The notes below the pieces were generated by a model. The model was given only the letters and a program-made list of their open reading frames with translations, did not search any database and had not been told where the DNA came from. DNA of 64,000 nucleotides, from assembly GCA_021815445.1 (NCBI GenBank), contig JAKAGM010000001.1:154910-218909 (forward strand). The letters run 5' to 3'. Made by a program: the position numbers and the translations under genes. This DNA is from a bacterium (GTDB taxonomy: Bacteria; Patescibacteriota; Patescibacteriia; UBA10025). Position 1 is the stretch's first letter. Every line of letters starts with the position of its first letter. Positions 9,302 to 19,113 of the stretch are shown in pieces.

Positions 9302-10429
9302 ATGAGCAACGCAAAAACAAAGCGTGCGGAAATATTTTTTAGGCATCCACGTGTCTTGGGTACGTGCGTTTTTTGCATTTTCACGCTCATAGCGTGGGTT
9401 GGGGTCGTCCGCCTTGCCGATGCCTCGCGGGTAAAGTGGTCCTGGTTGCTCAATACGAGCGGCACAACTTCTCCGGCCATTGCCGATACCGTCCCGGATG
9501 CGCCAGCGATTGTTGCCCAATACAGACTGCTCGACGGTATGAGTGCGACGGGAACCCAGGCCGCTGACTGGCCTGCTGCAGTCATGATCGAGAATCTCCC
9601 CAGCGTTCGGCCTCAATCGGGTCTCGGTGATGCGATGGTTGTCTACGAAGCGCTTGCCGAGGGAGGGGCTACTCGCTTTATGGCCCTTTTTGATCCCCAA
9701 ATTTCCGCGGCTGAAAAAATAGGTCCTGTCAGGTCTTCCCGTCCATATTATATCGAATGGCTCGGGGAGTATGACGCTCTCTACGCGCATGCCGGCGGAT
9801 CGCCAAAAGCGCTGCTGGTTATTTGGGAAGCACGGGTAAAGAACGTAGAAGCCCTGGGTCCTGACGGAAAGTATTTTTGGCGCGACCATTCGATTGCGGC
9901 TCCGCATAATCTTTTTACCAGCGCGGCCGAACTGAGGCTCGCATTGCAAACCAAGGGCTGGCTCGCGATGAAAGCCAGTTTTTTGCCGTGGACATTTGTC
10001 GATGATGCGACAGTAGACCAGCGGGGTGAGGACGGGAAAAGCGCCGAATTTAATTTTTCCACGGGAAAAAGCTATCTCGTACGGTGGCAGTATCAACGCC
10101 CGACAAACTCGTACCTGCGTTATAACGCCGGAGTGCCCCATATAGACAACAATACTGGTAAGCAGCTCGAAGCGAAGAACGTGGTAGTCCAGCTTGTTGA
10201 TCCTCCTGAGCTTGACGGGACAGGGAAGGGAAGACTCGATATCTATGTCGGCGGGACGGGTAAAGCATGGGTATTCAACAACGGCAACGCGATTGAGGCC
10301 ACGTGGAAAAAACTGTCCCGAACGGACAGAACGAGGTTCTACGATAGTGCTGGGCATGAGATACCCATGGTGCGCGGAGCTACATGGGTTCACGTTGTAC
10401 CTAAGGCACAGGCTGTTACGTACCGGTAG
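9302..10429 (+). CDS. DUF3048 (YerB-like) domain protein, membrane-anchored, paralog 2
   Basis: Same architecture and motifs as the upstream gene (AVMIENLPSVRPQSGLGDAMVVYEALAEGGATRFMALF). Tandem duplication. Confidence 0.6.
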   Translation: MSNAKTKRAEIFFRHPRVLGTCVFCIFTLIAWVGVVRLADASRVKWSWLLNTSGTTSPAIADTVPDAPAIVAQYRLLDGMSATGTQAADWPAAVMIENLPSVRPQSGLGDAMVVYEALAEGGATRFMALFDPQISAAEKIGPVRSSRPYYIEWLGEYDALYAHAGGSPKALLVIWEARVKNVEALGPDGKYFWRDHSIAAPHNLFTSAAELRLALQTKGWLAMKASFLPWTFVDDATVDQRGEDGKSAEFNFSTGKSYLVRWQYQRPTNSYLRYNAGVPHIDNNTGKQLEAKNVVVQLVDPPELDGTGKGRLDIYVGGTGKAWVFNNGNAIEATWKKLSRTDRTRFYDSAGHEIPMVRGATWVHVVPKAQAVTYR

Positions 10430-10446
10430 GTCTTTGCTGATTTTTT

Positions 10447-11274
10447 TTACCCAATTCTTGCCACGCGCACTCGCGCGCCGAGATCTTTAACGAACTTAAC
10501 AGTTTTTCCTGGCATGAGTTGCTGGACAATGTACGCAATGATGTCCGACTGTCGGGGATCTATTTCGAGAAACATTTGACCAAACCGTGTCAGGTGCGCG
10601 GGTGCGCTTTGTAAGAGCCTGTCGATATGCTCGACGCCAAGTTTGCCGCCAAGAAGCGCCACAACTGGTTCAAAAGGCACGAGGGTGAGCTGATCCGGGG
10701 TCAAATACGGAAGATTAGCGACAATGCAGTCAAATCTTTTTTTATGCGCTTGCCATAAAAGATCGCCGCGAAAGAAACGTATCCGCTTGCCCATTTTATG
10801 GCGGAGGGCATTCTTTTTTGCCACACCGAGGGCCGGGGCTGAAATATCAAACGCTGTAATCGACGCCCGGGGAAGATACTTGGCAAGCGTGACGGCAATG
10901 CAACCAGAACCTGTTCCTACGTCAGCTATACTCAGTCGCGCGTCTTTCGGCATGGTTTGGAGCACGGTGTCTACGAGGACCTCTGTATCAGGACGGGGAA
11001 TCAGTACGCGGGGCGAGACTATAAAGTCCAGACCGTAAAACTCCTTGTGGCCGATCAAATATGCCACCGGCCAGCCCTTTTTCCGTTCGCGCACAAGACG
11101 GCCGAATCTCTGAGACTGGGACAATGTCAGCCTTCGCTCAGGCGCGGCTAGCAGCTGGGCTTTCGTACACCTCAAGACGTGCGACAACAGGACTTCCGCG
11201 TCGAGTGCTACAGAAGTCGCGCCGCTCATACGGAGGGCGGTCATCGCTTTAACGAGAGTCTGCTGGATTGTCAT
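10447..11274 (-). CDS. prmC: release factor glutamine N5-methyltransferase PrmC/HemK
   Basis: SAM-binding motif [13 protein letters not shown] and substrate motif variant NLPY. Overlaps prfA by 4 nt in the canonical prfA-prmC arrangement. Confidence 0.85.
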   Translation of the reverse strand: MTIQQTLVKAMTALRMSGATSVALDAEVLLSHVLRCTKAQLLAAPERRLTLSQSQRFGRLVRERKKGWPVAYLIGHKEFYGLDFIVSPRVLIPRPDTEVLVDTVLQTMPKDARLSIADVGTGSGCIAVTLAKYLPRASITAFDISAPALGVAKKNALRHKMGKRIRFFRGDLLWQAHKKRFDCIVANLPYLTPDQLTLVPFEPVVALLGGKLGVEHIDRLLQSAPAHLTRFGQMFLEIDPRQSDIIAYIVQQLMPGKTVKFVKDLGARVRVARIG

Positions 11275-12320
11275 GCGGGTTTGTCGCCCGCTTGCAGCGC
11301 ACGTATGAGCGGATCAAGATTACCCTCAAGAATTGCGGAAATGTTGTGGAAACTTTCTTTGACCCTATGATCGGTGATTCTGTCTTGGGGGAAGTTATAT
11401 GTGCGTATTTTTTCACTTCTATCGCCGGAACCAATTTGGTTTTTCCTCTCCTTGGAAAGTTCACGCGCCTTTTTTTCCTCATCGAGCGCATGGAGGCGCG
11501 AACGGAGTACTTGGAGCGCTTTTTCCTTGTTCTGTTTTTGCGACCGCTCGTCCTGGCAAATGACGGTTAAACCCGAAGGGATATGTGTTATCCGTATAGC
11601 AGAGTAAGTGGTGTTGACGCTTTGACCGCCGTGTCCGCTCGAGGTCGTGGCTTCAATCTGCAAATCTTCGGGGCGGATTGCAAAATCCACTTCCTCTGCC
11701 TCAGGGAGCACTGCGACTGTGACTGTTGACGTGTGGACTCGACCCGATTTTTCCGTCTCAGGAACGCGCTGGACCCTGTGGACGCCGCGCTCATATTTAA
11801 GGTGGGCAAAGACATCAGTGCCGTGGATCTCGCATATGACTTCTTTGAACCCGCCGATTCCGATTCTGTGGGCGGAAATAAGGTGTGTCGTCCACTTTTT
11901 GCTCTCGGCGTATTTTTGGTACATGCGAAAAAGTTCAGCGGCAAAAAGCGCCGATTCGTCCCCGCCGGCACCCGCCCGGATTTCGATAATAATATCTTTA
12001 GCGTCGAGGGGATTATCCGTTTTCTCAAGTGCGGCGATACCGGCCTGGACTTCTTTGTACTGCTGTTCAAAGTCTTCTAAGTCTTGAATGGCTATTTCTC
12101 TTAGCTCTGGATCTGACTCCTGCTCGGCCATCGCGCGGACTTCTTCCCGGTCTAGTTTTATCTTGGCCAGACGTTCATAGAGAGCCAGTAATTCCTCGGT
12201 TCCACGGTATTCTTTTGCAAGAGATTGAGCCTTTTTTTGATCACGGAAAATCTGGGGATCCTGAAGGATCCTCTCCAATTCATCGTGCCGTTTTTTCAAT
12301 TCCTCGAGTGTATTTTCCAT
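11271..12320 (-). CDS. prfA: peptide chain release factor 1
   Basis: GGQ motif ([12 protein letters not shown]). The tripeptide PET aligns to the RF1 PxT position, and no SPF is present. 349 aa. Confidence 0.9.
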   Translation of the reverse strand: MENTLEELKKRHDELERILQDPQIFRDQKKAQSLAKEYRGTEELLALYERLAKIKLDREEVRAMAEQESDPELREIAIQDLEDFEQQYKEVQAGIAALEKTDNPLDAKDIIIEIRAGAGGDESALFAAELFRMYQKYAESKKWTTHLISAHRIGIGGFKEVICEIHGTDVFAHLKYERGVHRVQRVPETEKSGRVHTSTVTVAVLPEAEEVDFAIRPEDLQIEATTSSGHGGQSVNTTYSAIRITHIPSGLTVICQDERSQKQNKEKALQVLRSRLHALDEEKKARELSKERKNQIGSGDRSEKIRTYNFPQDRITDHRVKESFHNISAILEGNLDPLIRALQAGDKPA

Positions 12321-12383
12321 CTGTCTCTAGTATGCAAAAGAACCCCGATATCCACAAGGGGTCGGGAATGGGCTGGGTAATGC

Positions 12384-12632
12384 TTAAGCAGCCTCCGTCT
12401 TTTTGACGTGCCGCTTGTGGGCCATATCAGTTTTCTTCTGGAGAAGTCGCTGGAAGCGGTCCAGACGGCCTTGGGTATCAGCAAATTTTTGCTTGCCGGT
12501 AAAAAACGGATGGCAATTGGAACAAATTTCAACGCGGATTTCCTGCATTGTGGATCCTGTTGTAAACGTGTTTCCACAGGCGCAGGTAACCTGTGCTGTT
12601 TCATGGTATGTCGGATGGATGTCTTTTTTCAT
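12384..12632 (-). CDS. rpmE: 50S ribosomal protein L31
   Basis: 82 aa with CxxC...CxxC (VTCACGNTF...[10 protein letters not shown]), classic L31. Confidence 0.9.
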   Translation of the reverse strand: MKKDIHPTYHETAQVTCACGNTFTTGSTMQEIRVEICSNCHPFFTGKQKFADTQGRLDRFQRLLQKKTDMAHKRHVKKTEAA

Positions 12633-12760
12633 TGATTTCGGCTAATAAAACGATATAAAGAATCGCTGTATCGGGTATCATACTTATTTGTCTGGCACCT
12701 GTCAACCCCGTTGAGAAATGTACAGTGGAGCTGAGTACGCACAAAGTCATAGTGTGGCAG

Positions 12761-12796
12761 GAAGACAAGAAAAAACCGCGGCCCCCAAGTCCGCGG
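12761..12796 (-). terminator. rho-independent terminator downstream of the M23/FG-GAP gene
   Basis: Hairpin CCGCGG-cccccaagt-CCGCGG followed on the minus strand by a T-run (plus strand aaaaaa at 12769-12774). Confidence 0.55.
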
Positions 12797-12825
12797 GATT
12801 GAATGATCATAGGACGATTTCACGT

Positions 12826-15405
12826 TCACTTCAGCAGAACCATCTTCTTAATCTCCACCGCCTGATCGGTGACGAGACGGTAGAAGTACATGCCCGATGC
12901 GTACTGTAAAGCGTTCCACTGTGCAGTGTGCTCTCCGGCAAGCTGGTTCTCATCGGCAAGAGTCTCAATCCTCTGGCCAAGGATATTGTAAATGTCCAAC
13001 CTGACATGAGTACCCACCGGAAGAGTGTACCTGATCGTCGTGCCCGGGTTGAACGGGTTCGGGTAATTCTGGGACAGGGAGAATGTCCGAGGCAGAGTAT
13101 TGTCTCCTCCATGTGCCGTGATCTTAGGCGAACCGGGAATGGTGCGCCTAATGACGATGCACCTGTCCGCATACCCGTCACTGTTGTAATCCAGCCAGAA
13201 TTCTTGGGTGGACGGGCGGAATACGCCGATGTTGGTGCCGCAATTACCGGTCCAGTCGCCGACGATTGGCGAATCACCCGCATCTCCATACGTCCGGGAG
13301 AAGTCAGCAACGTGGTCGTTATCGTAATCCAACCAGAAGGTCCTGGTAGAAGGACGGTAAATACCGATGTTCCAGTCCAGGTCGCAGTCCCAATCACCAA
13401 CAAGAGGGATATCACCGTTATCCCCGAAAGTGACGGAAAAATCAGCTACACCGTTGTTGTCGTAATCTAACCAGAATGTCCGGGTAGAGTGGCGAAAGAT
13501 TCCTATCCGGGTATAGCCGTTGCCGAGCCAATCTCCGGCTAGAGGAATATCGCCGCCATCACCATAGGTGATGCCGATGTCCATCTGGCCGTTGTTGTCG
13601 TAATCCAGGTAAAACACCCGGTAGGCCGGACGATAGAAACCGACACTGTAGTAGGTATTGCCGTCCCAGTCACCGGCCAAAGGTTTGTCTACGGCTGAGC
13701 TGTAATGAAGCTCCAGCTCCGTATACCCGTCATTGTTGGTGTCCAGATAGAAGGTTTGCGTCTCGTCGGCATAGACACCGACCTCGAAGATCCCGTCCCC
13801 GTTCCAATCACCTGCGATGGGGGTGACGGTCAAGTTGGCGAATGACTCAGAAGAGTCACTGCCTGCGGCGTGATAGGTCCCGCCCGAGCAGGTTCCAAGC
13901 ACGTCAACCGCCGGACTGCCAGTCTCATAGATACGATGTTGAGTACCGGCGCTGTTCTTGAAGTCCTGGCACCACTTCCCATTCAAATAGAAACGATCGA
14001 TGGTGGCGCAACCAAATAGGTTTACCCCACCAAGTTCATCGTAGCGGGATTTAATGCTCCCATACACCCAGTAGGCCTCGTTCGTGGCCGAAGTATTGCA
14101 CTCCCAGTTCTCTTGGTCGTACATGATCCTGCCGGATCCGTCGTCGCCACCAGTGAATTCCTGAATCAGGATACTGCCGGAAAGAACATGGACCTGACCG
14201 TCATTCCCAGAGCTTGGGTTCCCTACATCGCGGCGGGCGCCGTTGCGGTCATAGGCATCGGTAAAGAGGTAGGAGTACTGGTTGTTCCATCCGGAAGAAG
14301 TCCAGCCGGGTGTCGTCGTCGTGTTGCACTTGATGGTGGTTCCGTCCTGGATGTACCCTTTCTGGAAATCCTGACGCCAGTGGTCTGGGTTCTCGGTGTA
14401 CTTGTACCGGTTGGTGATCGGCATTCCAAGGGCCGAATTCGGCCCTCCCTGTCCTGACGGACCGTCTGAACAGCTGGGCGTTGGACAGCTGCCGCTGCAT
14501 TCTGCCTCAAGGTTGTCCCACGTAGCCCATTCTTGATCGCCGACACAGTAGGCATGTCTTGCGCCACCTAGGGCGTCGTATACGACCGCGCCAGCATAGA
14601 AGCCGCCACCGTAAACCGTGCGATAACAATTGACAGCAGTGTTTGTGCCAGACTGGTAAAGCGAGTTTGGATTGTACGCATGGTACCAACCAATCGATCC
14701 AGCCGTTCCACCAAGCCATTGATTCGGCGACTGTGACACGGCGTATGGGTTGCGGTCATTCAGAGCAGTAGATTTCCGGAGGTCAATGATGTTGGAGTTG
14801 ACAGAGGTGTAGAAAGTGCTCGCAGGTGGGCTGCTTGAGCAGTCGCACGGATCGGGGTACCCATCGGTGACGGTTTGACCAAGGTAGTTCTTAAAATCAA
14901 CATACACCTCAGTCATGTCCTTTGTCGCAGGGTTCGCCGTCCCTTGCGTGTTGTAGTGTATATGCGATGGCCATTGGTCATCCGTTACGCCTGTTGTCCC
15001 GCAGAATCCAACCACTTGCCCCTTCTCAACCTTCTCGCCGACGCTCACGACAATCTCTGTTTGGTGTGCCAGCCGGCCATAGTAGCCGTCCCCATAGTCA
15101 ATTAGGACAACATTGCCATACGGACTATTTGCTCCACTCTGTTGCTTGGATCTTCCAGCAAACACTATTCGCCCTGAATCTGGAGCTAGAAGTGGATACC
15201 CCAGGTCGTTGGCGCCGGTTCCATAATTGTAGTCCCATGCGTCTTCGCCGGAATGGGATACGCTCCCATTCCAGCCTTGCGCACACCACCATGTATCACC
15301 TGCCATAAACGGTAGCCCGATGTCTGGCGGCGTTGCTAAGGCTTTCGAACTGCCCAGAGCGACTATGACAGCCGCTGCCACGAAACGACCGATCGTCCTC
15401 TTCAT
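12826..15405 (-). CDS. secreted multidomain protein: M23 (LytM) peptidase + FG-GAP/VCBS-like repeats + type IX secretion system C-terminal sorting domain
   Basis: 859 aa. Signal peptide. M23 motifs (HSGEDAWDYNYG ... GQVVGFCGTTG ... SHIHY). Five ~46-aa repeats of P[LI]AGDWDGNG...G[IV][FY]R....F[YW]LDYDNNG. The final ~80 aa (LSQNYPNPFNPGTTIRYTLPVGTHVRLDIYNILGQRIETL...ASGMYFYRLVT) match the Por_Secre_tail/T9SS CTD consensus closely. Strong AGGAGG RBS. Confidence 0.8.
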   Translation of the reverse strand: MKRTIGRFVAAAVIVALGSSKALATPPDIGLPFMAGDTWWCAQGWNGSVSHSGEDAWDYNYGTGANDLGYPLLAPDSGRIVFAGRSKQQSGANSPYGNVVLIDYGDGYYGRLAHQTEIVVSVGEKVEKGQVVGFCGTTGVTDDQWPSHIHYNTQGTANPATKDMTEVYVDFKNYLGQTVTDGYPDPCDCSSSPPASTFYTSVNSNIIDLRKSTALNDRNPYAVSQSPNQWLGGTAGSIGWYHAYNPNSLYQSGTNTAVNCYRTVYGGGFYAGAVVYDALGGARHAYCVGDQEWATWDNLEAECSGSCPTPSCSDGPSGQGGPNSALGMPITNRYKYTENPDHWRQDFQKGYIQDGTTIKCNTTTTPGWTSSGWNNQYSYLFTDAYDRNGARRDVGNPSSGNDGQVHVLSGSILIQEFTGGDDGSGRIMYDQENWECNTSATNEAYWVYGSIKSRYDELGGVNLFGCATIDRFYLNGKWCQDFKNSAGTQHRIYETGSPAVDVLGTCSGGTYHAAGSDSSESFANLTVTPIAGDWNGDGIFEVGVYADETQTFYLDTNNDGYTELELHYSSAVDKPLAGDWDGNTYYSVGFYRPAYRVFYLDYDNNGQMDIGITYGDGGDIPLAGDWLGNGYTRIGIFRHSTRTFWLDYDNNGVADFSVTFGDNGDIPLVGDWDCDLDWNIGIYRPSTRTFWLDYDNDHVADFSRTYGDAGDSPIVGDWTGNCGTNIGVFRPSTQEFWLDYNSDGYADRCIVIRRTIPGSPKITAHGGDNTLPRTFSLSQNYPNPFNPGTTIRYTLPVGTHVRLDIYNILGQRIETLADENQLAGEHTAQWNALQYASGMYFYRLVTDQAVEIKKMVLLK

Positions 15406-15446
15406 GACACTCCTCCTGTTGGTTGTGAACGTGCTGTTTTAGTGAG

Positions 15447-16175
15447 CTATTTGCCTATTGACTGCAGAACCGCTGCGCATGTATCGCGGTAGGCTAGAAA
15501 GTCACCCCGTGGTGATACATCAAGATCGTAGTAGTAACTGAAGCGGATCATGTTGCTGTTACTTTGGAAGAAGTACGACCTCCCTTGAGTCATGTTAGGC
15601 CCTTGTTCCGTTGCTAGAACGCCATCGCGCGTGTTGATCGCTTGAGGTACCATGGTGGACACGTTGAGGTCTTCACTGCCTGAAGTGCCGTAGATGTTAC
15701 TTGCATTGATCCAGTCAACAATACTTGCTACTGGGTGCGTAACCGGGTAGGCTGATATTGTGCAGTCGGCTGCAGCAGGAAAATCCAGAGTATTGTTTGG
15801 TGGACTTATAACCTCCTGATCTGTGGGGAGGTTGTCTTTATATTGTCCCTGAGTTACTCGCTTACGCTGCAGTGTCCAGTTCTTCGGAATAGCAATCGTA
15901 AATCCGTACTTGTCCTCTTGAGTTGTCCATGCACTCGTATCGACTGAGTTCGTGTTTGATAGAGTGTTGCTGCTGGCGTTGACTGACGTGTTGACGTTCT
16001 GAGTTCCAGTGGTGCCTGCATTAGCTGCGGCGTTCGTGTTTGACTTGGTCTTTTCTTTTTGCCACCAGAAGTAAGCGCCCGCGCCGACTGCTATAATGAG
16101 AATGATTACCAAAATGACCCACATAAGTTTCCTTGATGAGCCCTGTGGCGTGGGCTGTGGTGTTGGTGTGTCCAT
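15447..16175 (-). CDS. hypothetical membrane-anchored protein with N/T/S-rich linker
   Basis: 242 aa. TM helix (LMWVILVIILIIAVGAGAYFWW), then low-complexity segment and a globular C-terminal domain. Same strand as the M23 gene. Confidence 0.45.
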   Translation of the reverse strand: MDTPTPQPTPQGSSRKLMWVILVIILIIAVGAGAYFWWQKEKTKSNTNAAANAGTTGTQNVNTSVNASSNTLSNTNSVDTSAWTTQEDKYGFTIAIPKNWTLQRKRVTQGQYKDNLPTDQEVISPPNNTLDFPAAADCTISAYPVTHPVASIVDWINASNIYGTSGSEDLNVSTMVPQAINTRDGVLATEQGPNMTQGRSYFFQSNSNMIRFSYYYDLDVSPRGDFLAYRDTCAAVLQSIGK

Positions 16176-16550
16176 AGGTTATTGTCATTAAGTGGTTAGA
16201 ACGCTAAACTCAGCGTAACACGGCAATTCTGCTCTGACCAGTCTCCGGTACCCTCCTGGCATTCTCGGGTTCCAAGGTCTCGGAAGGATGGATGGGTGCC
16301 GTCTCGCCTCACGACTTGGCGGGGGCCTCGGATTTCGAAAGCCCGGATACTTGCGTATTTTTTTGACCTATGGTACGCTATATCCCGCCTGTAGACCCCG
16401 GAATCGGGGGCCTGCAAGCATATTTTACAATAGTAATCTCACATATCTCTGTTATTGCGGATCTTGTTCCTGGCGGACGCCTTGTTAGGTGTACCGTTCA
16501 ATAAGATCGGCTTATTTCAGCAGAGGTAGAGGAAGAAAGGAACAACAACC

Positions 16551-17330
16551 ATGCGCGAAGTTACGTTACTCGAAATGCTCAAACGGGGAGTTCATTTCGG
16601 CCACCGGGAATCCCGATGGCATCCTAAAATGCGCCCGTACATCTACACCTCTCGACAGGGTGTCCATATCATTGACCTGGAGAAGACTTCACGGAAGCTT
16701 CAGGAAGCTTATGATTTCATGAAGCTCCAGTCGGGCAAAGGGGCTGTCGTTCTGTTCGTGGGTACGAAACGCCAGGCGCAGAAGATAGTTATCGATGCGG
16801 CGCAGCGTGCCGGGATGCCGTATGTTGCCGGCCGCTGGCTCGGGGGAACACTCACGAATTTTGTGACGGTGTCGAAGCTGATCAAAAAACTCAAATCGTA
16901 CCGCCAGTCCCGCGATAGCGGCGGTTTTGAGAAATACACGAAAAAAGAACAGCTGGAGTTTACCAAGGAAATTAAACGCCTCGAGGATCTTATCGGCGGC
17001 ATCGAAACTCTCCAAAAGCTTCCCGACGTCGTATTTGTTGAGGATGTCAAACAAGAAAGCACGGCAGTCCGCGAAGCGCGCAAAATGGGAGTGCCTATCG
17101 TCGGTCTCGTCGATACCAATGCCAATCCCGATCTCCTCGACTATCCTATCCCTGCAAACGATGACGCGACGAAATCCCTGGAGCTTCTGGTCTCATTGAT
17201 GGCTGACGCAATTGTAGAAGGCCGGGCCTCTGTCCCTCAGCCGAGCGCTCCCGCTGTTTCTGAAGAAGAGAAGATTGAAAAAAAGGCTGAAGAGGCGCAC
17301 AGTGAAACTGCGCCGGTACCAATCGTATGA
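16551..17330 (+). CDS. rpsB: 30S ribosomal protein S2
   Basis: N-terminus MLKRGVHFGHRESRWHPKMRPYIY is diagnostic. 259 aa. Confidence 0.95.
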   Translation: MREVTLLEMLKRGVHFGHRESRWHPKMRPYIYTSRQGVHIIDLEKTSRKLQEAYDFMKLQSGKGAVVLFVGTKRQAQKIVIDAAQRAGMPYVAGRWLGGTLTNFVTVSKLIKKLKSYRQSRDSGGFEKYTKKEQLEFTKEIKRLEDLIGGIETLQKLPDVVFVEDVKQESTAVREARKMGVPIVGLVDTNANPDLLDYPIPANDDATKSLELLVSLMADAIVEGRASVPQPSAPAVSEEEKIEKKAEEAHSETAPVPIV

Positions 17331-17920
17331 ATATAACAGCCGCAGCTATTAAGCAGCTTAGGGAAAAGACCGGCGCCGGCCTGATGGAAGTTAAGCGCGC
17401 CCTCGAGCAGTCAAAGGGTGACGCGGAAGAAGCGATAAAGTACCTTCGGGCCTCTGGCCAGAAATTTGCGGCAAAAATGAGCGCACGCACAACGAAAGAG
17501 GGCAAGATAGGATATTATGTCCACTCTGACGGTAAAACAGCCGGTCTTGTGGCTGTTGCGTGTGAGACTGACTTTGTCGCGCTTACGGAGGATTTTTCCC
17601 AGCTCGTGCATGACCTTGCCATGCATGTCACGGCGTTCAACCCCCGTTATCTCGACTCCACTCAGATTCCCCCCGATGTCATAAAGAATGAACGGAACAT
17701 TTTTCGGGCGCAGATAGCAAAAGAGGGGAAGCCGAAGCAGCTCCATGACAAAATCATTGAGGGTAAGCTGAAGTCGTATTACAAAGAAAATTGTTTTGTC
17801 AACCAGCCGTTCGTCAAGGATGACACCAAGAGTATCGAGGATCTGCTCAAGGAGTATATCGCCAAGCTCGGTGAGAATATACGGATTGTTTCTTTTGCGC
17901 GGCTTTCTCTCGGTGCATAA
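17327..17920 (+). CDS. tsf: elongation factor Ts (short form)
   Basis: UBA-like N-terminus (IKQLREKTGAGLMEVKRALE) and dimerisation core. ATGA overlap with rpsB. 197 aa. Confidence 0.9.
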   Translation: MNITAAAIKQLREKTGAGLMEVKRALEQSKGDAEEAIKYLRASGQKFAAKMSARTTKEGKIGYYVHSDGKTAGLVAVACETDFVALTEDFSQLVHDLAMHVTAFNPRYLDSTQIPPDVIKNERNIFRAQIAKEGKPKQLHDKIIEGKLKSYYKENCFVNQPFVKDDTKSIEDLLKEYIAKLGENIRIVSFARLSLGA

Positions 17921-17922
17921 GG

Positions 17923-18843
17923 ATGCGTGCTTATTTACTTTCACATGCCATGATAGCCGATTATATCGCTCTCGCCATCCTTGTCATCAGCGTCGGTGTT
18001 GTCTTGATTATTTTCTTTAGGAAGTTCCCCGTTCTTTCCTCAATCAATATCAAAGAACTTCCATGGCATCAGCAGGACGAAGTGAAAGCCGACCTTATTG
18101 AGCACAGACTTTTCCGGAAACTGAAGACGGCTGCTATATGGGGCAGAAAGAGGGCACACCCTTTCCGTGAATGGCTGGAGGGCCGGGTCAGGGCTCTCCG
18201 CGCGTGGATCAGGCATCTTGAACAGAAGTATGAGGTTCCCGTACAACAGCTCTCCTCAGAGGATAAAGCGGGACGCGAGAAGCAGATAGCCCGTTTGTTC
18301 GACGAAAGCGCTGAGCTTTTTAAGGCCAAGGAGTATCATCTGGCTGAAAAGAAGATGATAGAGGTCATCAGCCTCGACCCAAAAAAGGTTGATGCATACA
18401 AAACTCTGGGTGAAGTATACTTTGCAATGAAGGATTACCGGCACGCGAAGGAAGTGCTGCACTACGTCTTAAAGTTGAATCAGCAGGACGACGAACTCCA
18501 CGCCAGACTGGGCAGAATTGCCGCATCAGAGGGACATTTTGAAGAAGCCCGCCAGGAATATGTGGCATCGATTGCGCTGAAGTACCAGCTTGCTGATCAC
18601 CATATTGATCTCGCGGAAACCCAAATGCAACTGGGGAATATGCAGGAGGCGCGCAAAAGTTTCGAAGAAGCTCTGCGTCTCGAACCCAGCAACCCGAGAA
18701 ATCTTGATGCATTCCTTGAATTCGCTATCACAATAAAGGATCAGTCCTTAGCTAAGAGTACGCTCGCCAAACTTCGTGATGTGAACCCTGAAAATCAGAA
18801 ACTCAAAGAATTCGAGGATCGAATTGACAACCTAGGCAAGTGA
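17923..18843 (+). CDS. TPR-repeat protein with N-terminal TM anchor
   Basis: 306 aa. TM helix, then several tetratricopeptide-like repeats (AYKTLGEVYFAMKDYRHAKEVLHYVLKLN...). Confidence 0.65.
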   Translation: MRAYLLSHAMIADYIALAILVISVGVVLIIFFRKFPVLSSINIKELPWHQQDEVKADLIEHRLFRKLKTAAIWGRKRAHPFREWLEGRVRALRAWIRHLEQKYEVPVQQLSSEDKAGREKQIARLFDESAELFKAKEYHLAEKKMIEVISLDPKKVDAYKTLGEVYFAMKDYRHAKEVLHYVLKLNQQDDELHARLGRIAASEGHFEEARQEYVASIALKYQLADHHIDLAETQMQLGNMQEARKSFEEALRLEPSNPRNLDAFLEFAITIKDQSLAKSTLAKLRDVNPENQKLKEFEDRIDNLGK

Positions 18844-18863
18844 GCGTATTTTCACACGTTCGT

Positions 18864-18944
18864 GCCGATGTAGTCCCGTCCCGCCCGGGCGGGACGAGGA
18901 TCCACGATCCCGCGGCGGGATCGGGACTCAGTTGGTCCGCCTGA
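18864..18944 (+). repeat. degenerate tRNA-Thr 5' fragment (GCCGATGTAG ... CTCAGTTGGT) split by a GC-rich insert carrying a perfect 20-bp palindrome
   Basis: gccgatgtag at 18864-18873 and ctcagttggt at 18930-18939 reproduce the 5' end of the adjacent tRNA-Thr. The insert contains CGTCCCGCCCGGGCGGGACG (18877-18896) and the near-palindrome GATCCCGCGGCGGGATC. Confidence 0.5.
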
Positions 18945-19017
18945 GCCGATGTAGCTCAGTTGGTAGAGCAACTCCATGGTAAGGAGTAGGTCCGCGGTTC
19001 AAATCCGCGCATCGGCT
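18945..19017 (+). tRNA. tRNA-Thr(GGT)
   Basis: Cloverleaf by hand: acceptor GCCGATG/CATCGGC, D arm GCTC-AGTTGGTA-GAGC, anticodon stem ACTCC/GGAGT with loop ATGGTAA, T arm CGCGG-TTCAAAT-CCGCG, discriminator T. No encoded CCA. Confidence 0.85.
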
Positions 19018-19110
19018 TAGGCGGGGCAAGTGTCGCAACTCCATGCCAAGTCCCGTCGAATGGCGGGAGTAAGGAGTAGGTCCGCGGTTCAAATCCGCGC
19101 ATCGGCTCCA
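19018..19110 (+). pseudogene. pseudo-tRNA: 3' two-thirds of tRNA-Thr(GGT) duplicated, with a 23-nt insert inside the anticodon loop and an encoded CCA
   Basis: GCAACTCCATG + [CCAAGTCCCGTCGAATGGCGGGA] + GTAAGGAGTAGGTCCGCGGTTCAAATCCGCGCATCGGCTCCA. There is no 5' acceptor strand or D arm, so it cannot fold into a tRNA. Confidence 0.5.
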
Positions 19111-19113
19111 TGG

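Noticed and set aside
13000-14760. Possible nucleotide tandem repeat/CRISPR-like periodicity in the 13-15 kb region, plus overlapping ORFs 12831-13415, 12928-13470, 14113-14567
   Set aside because: The periodicity is protein-level only (FG-GAP-like ~46-aa repeats with divergent codons). There are no direct repeats or spacers. The overlapping ORFs are alternative frames of the M23 gene.
19018-19110. A second functional tRNA-Thr(GGT), possibly intron-containing
   Set aside because: There is no 5' acceptor strand or D arm. The 23-nt insert sits inside the anticodon triplet, with no intron-like bulge-helix-bulge or group I features. Called a pseudo-tRNA.
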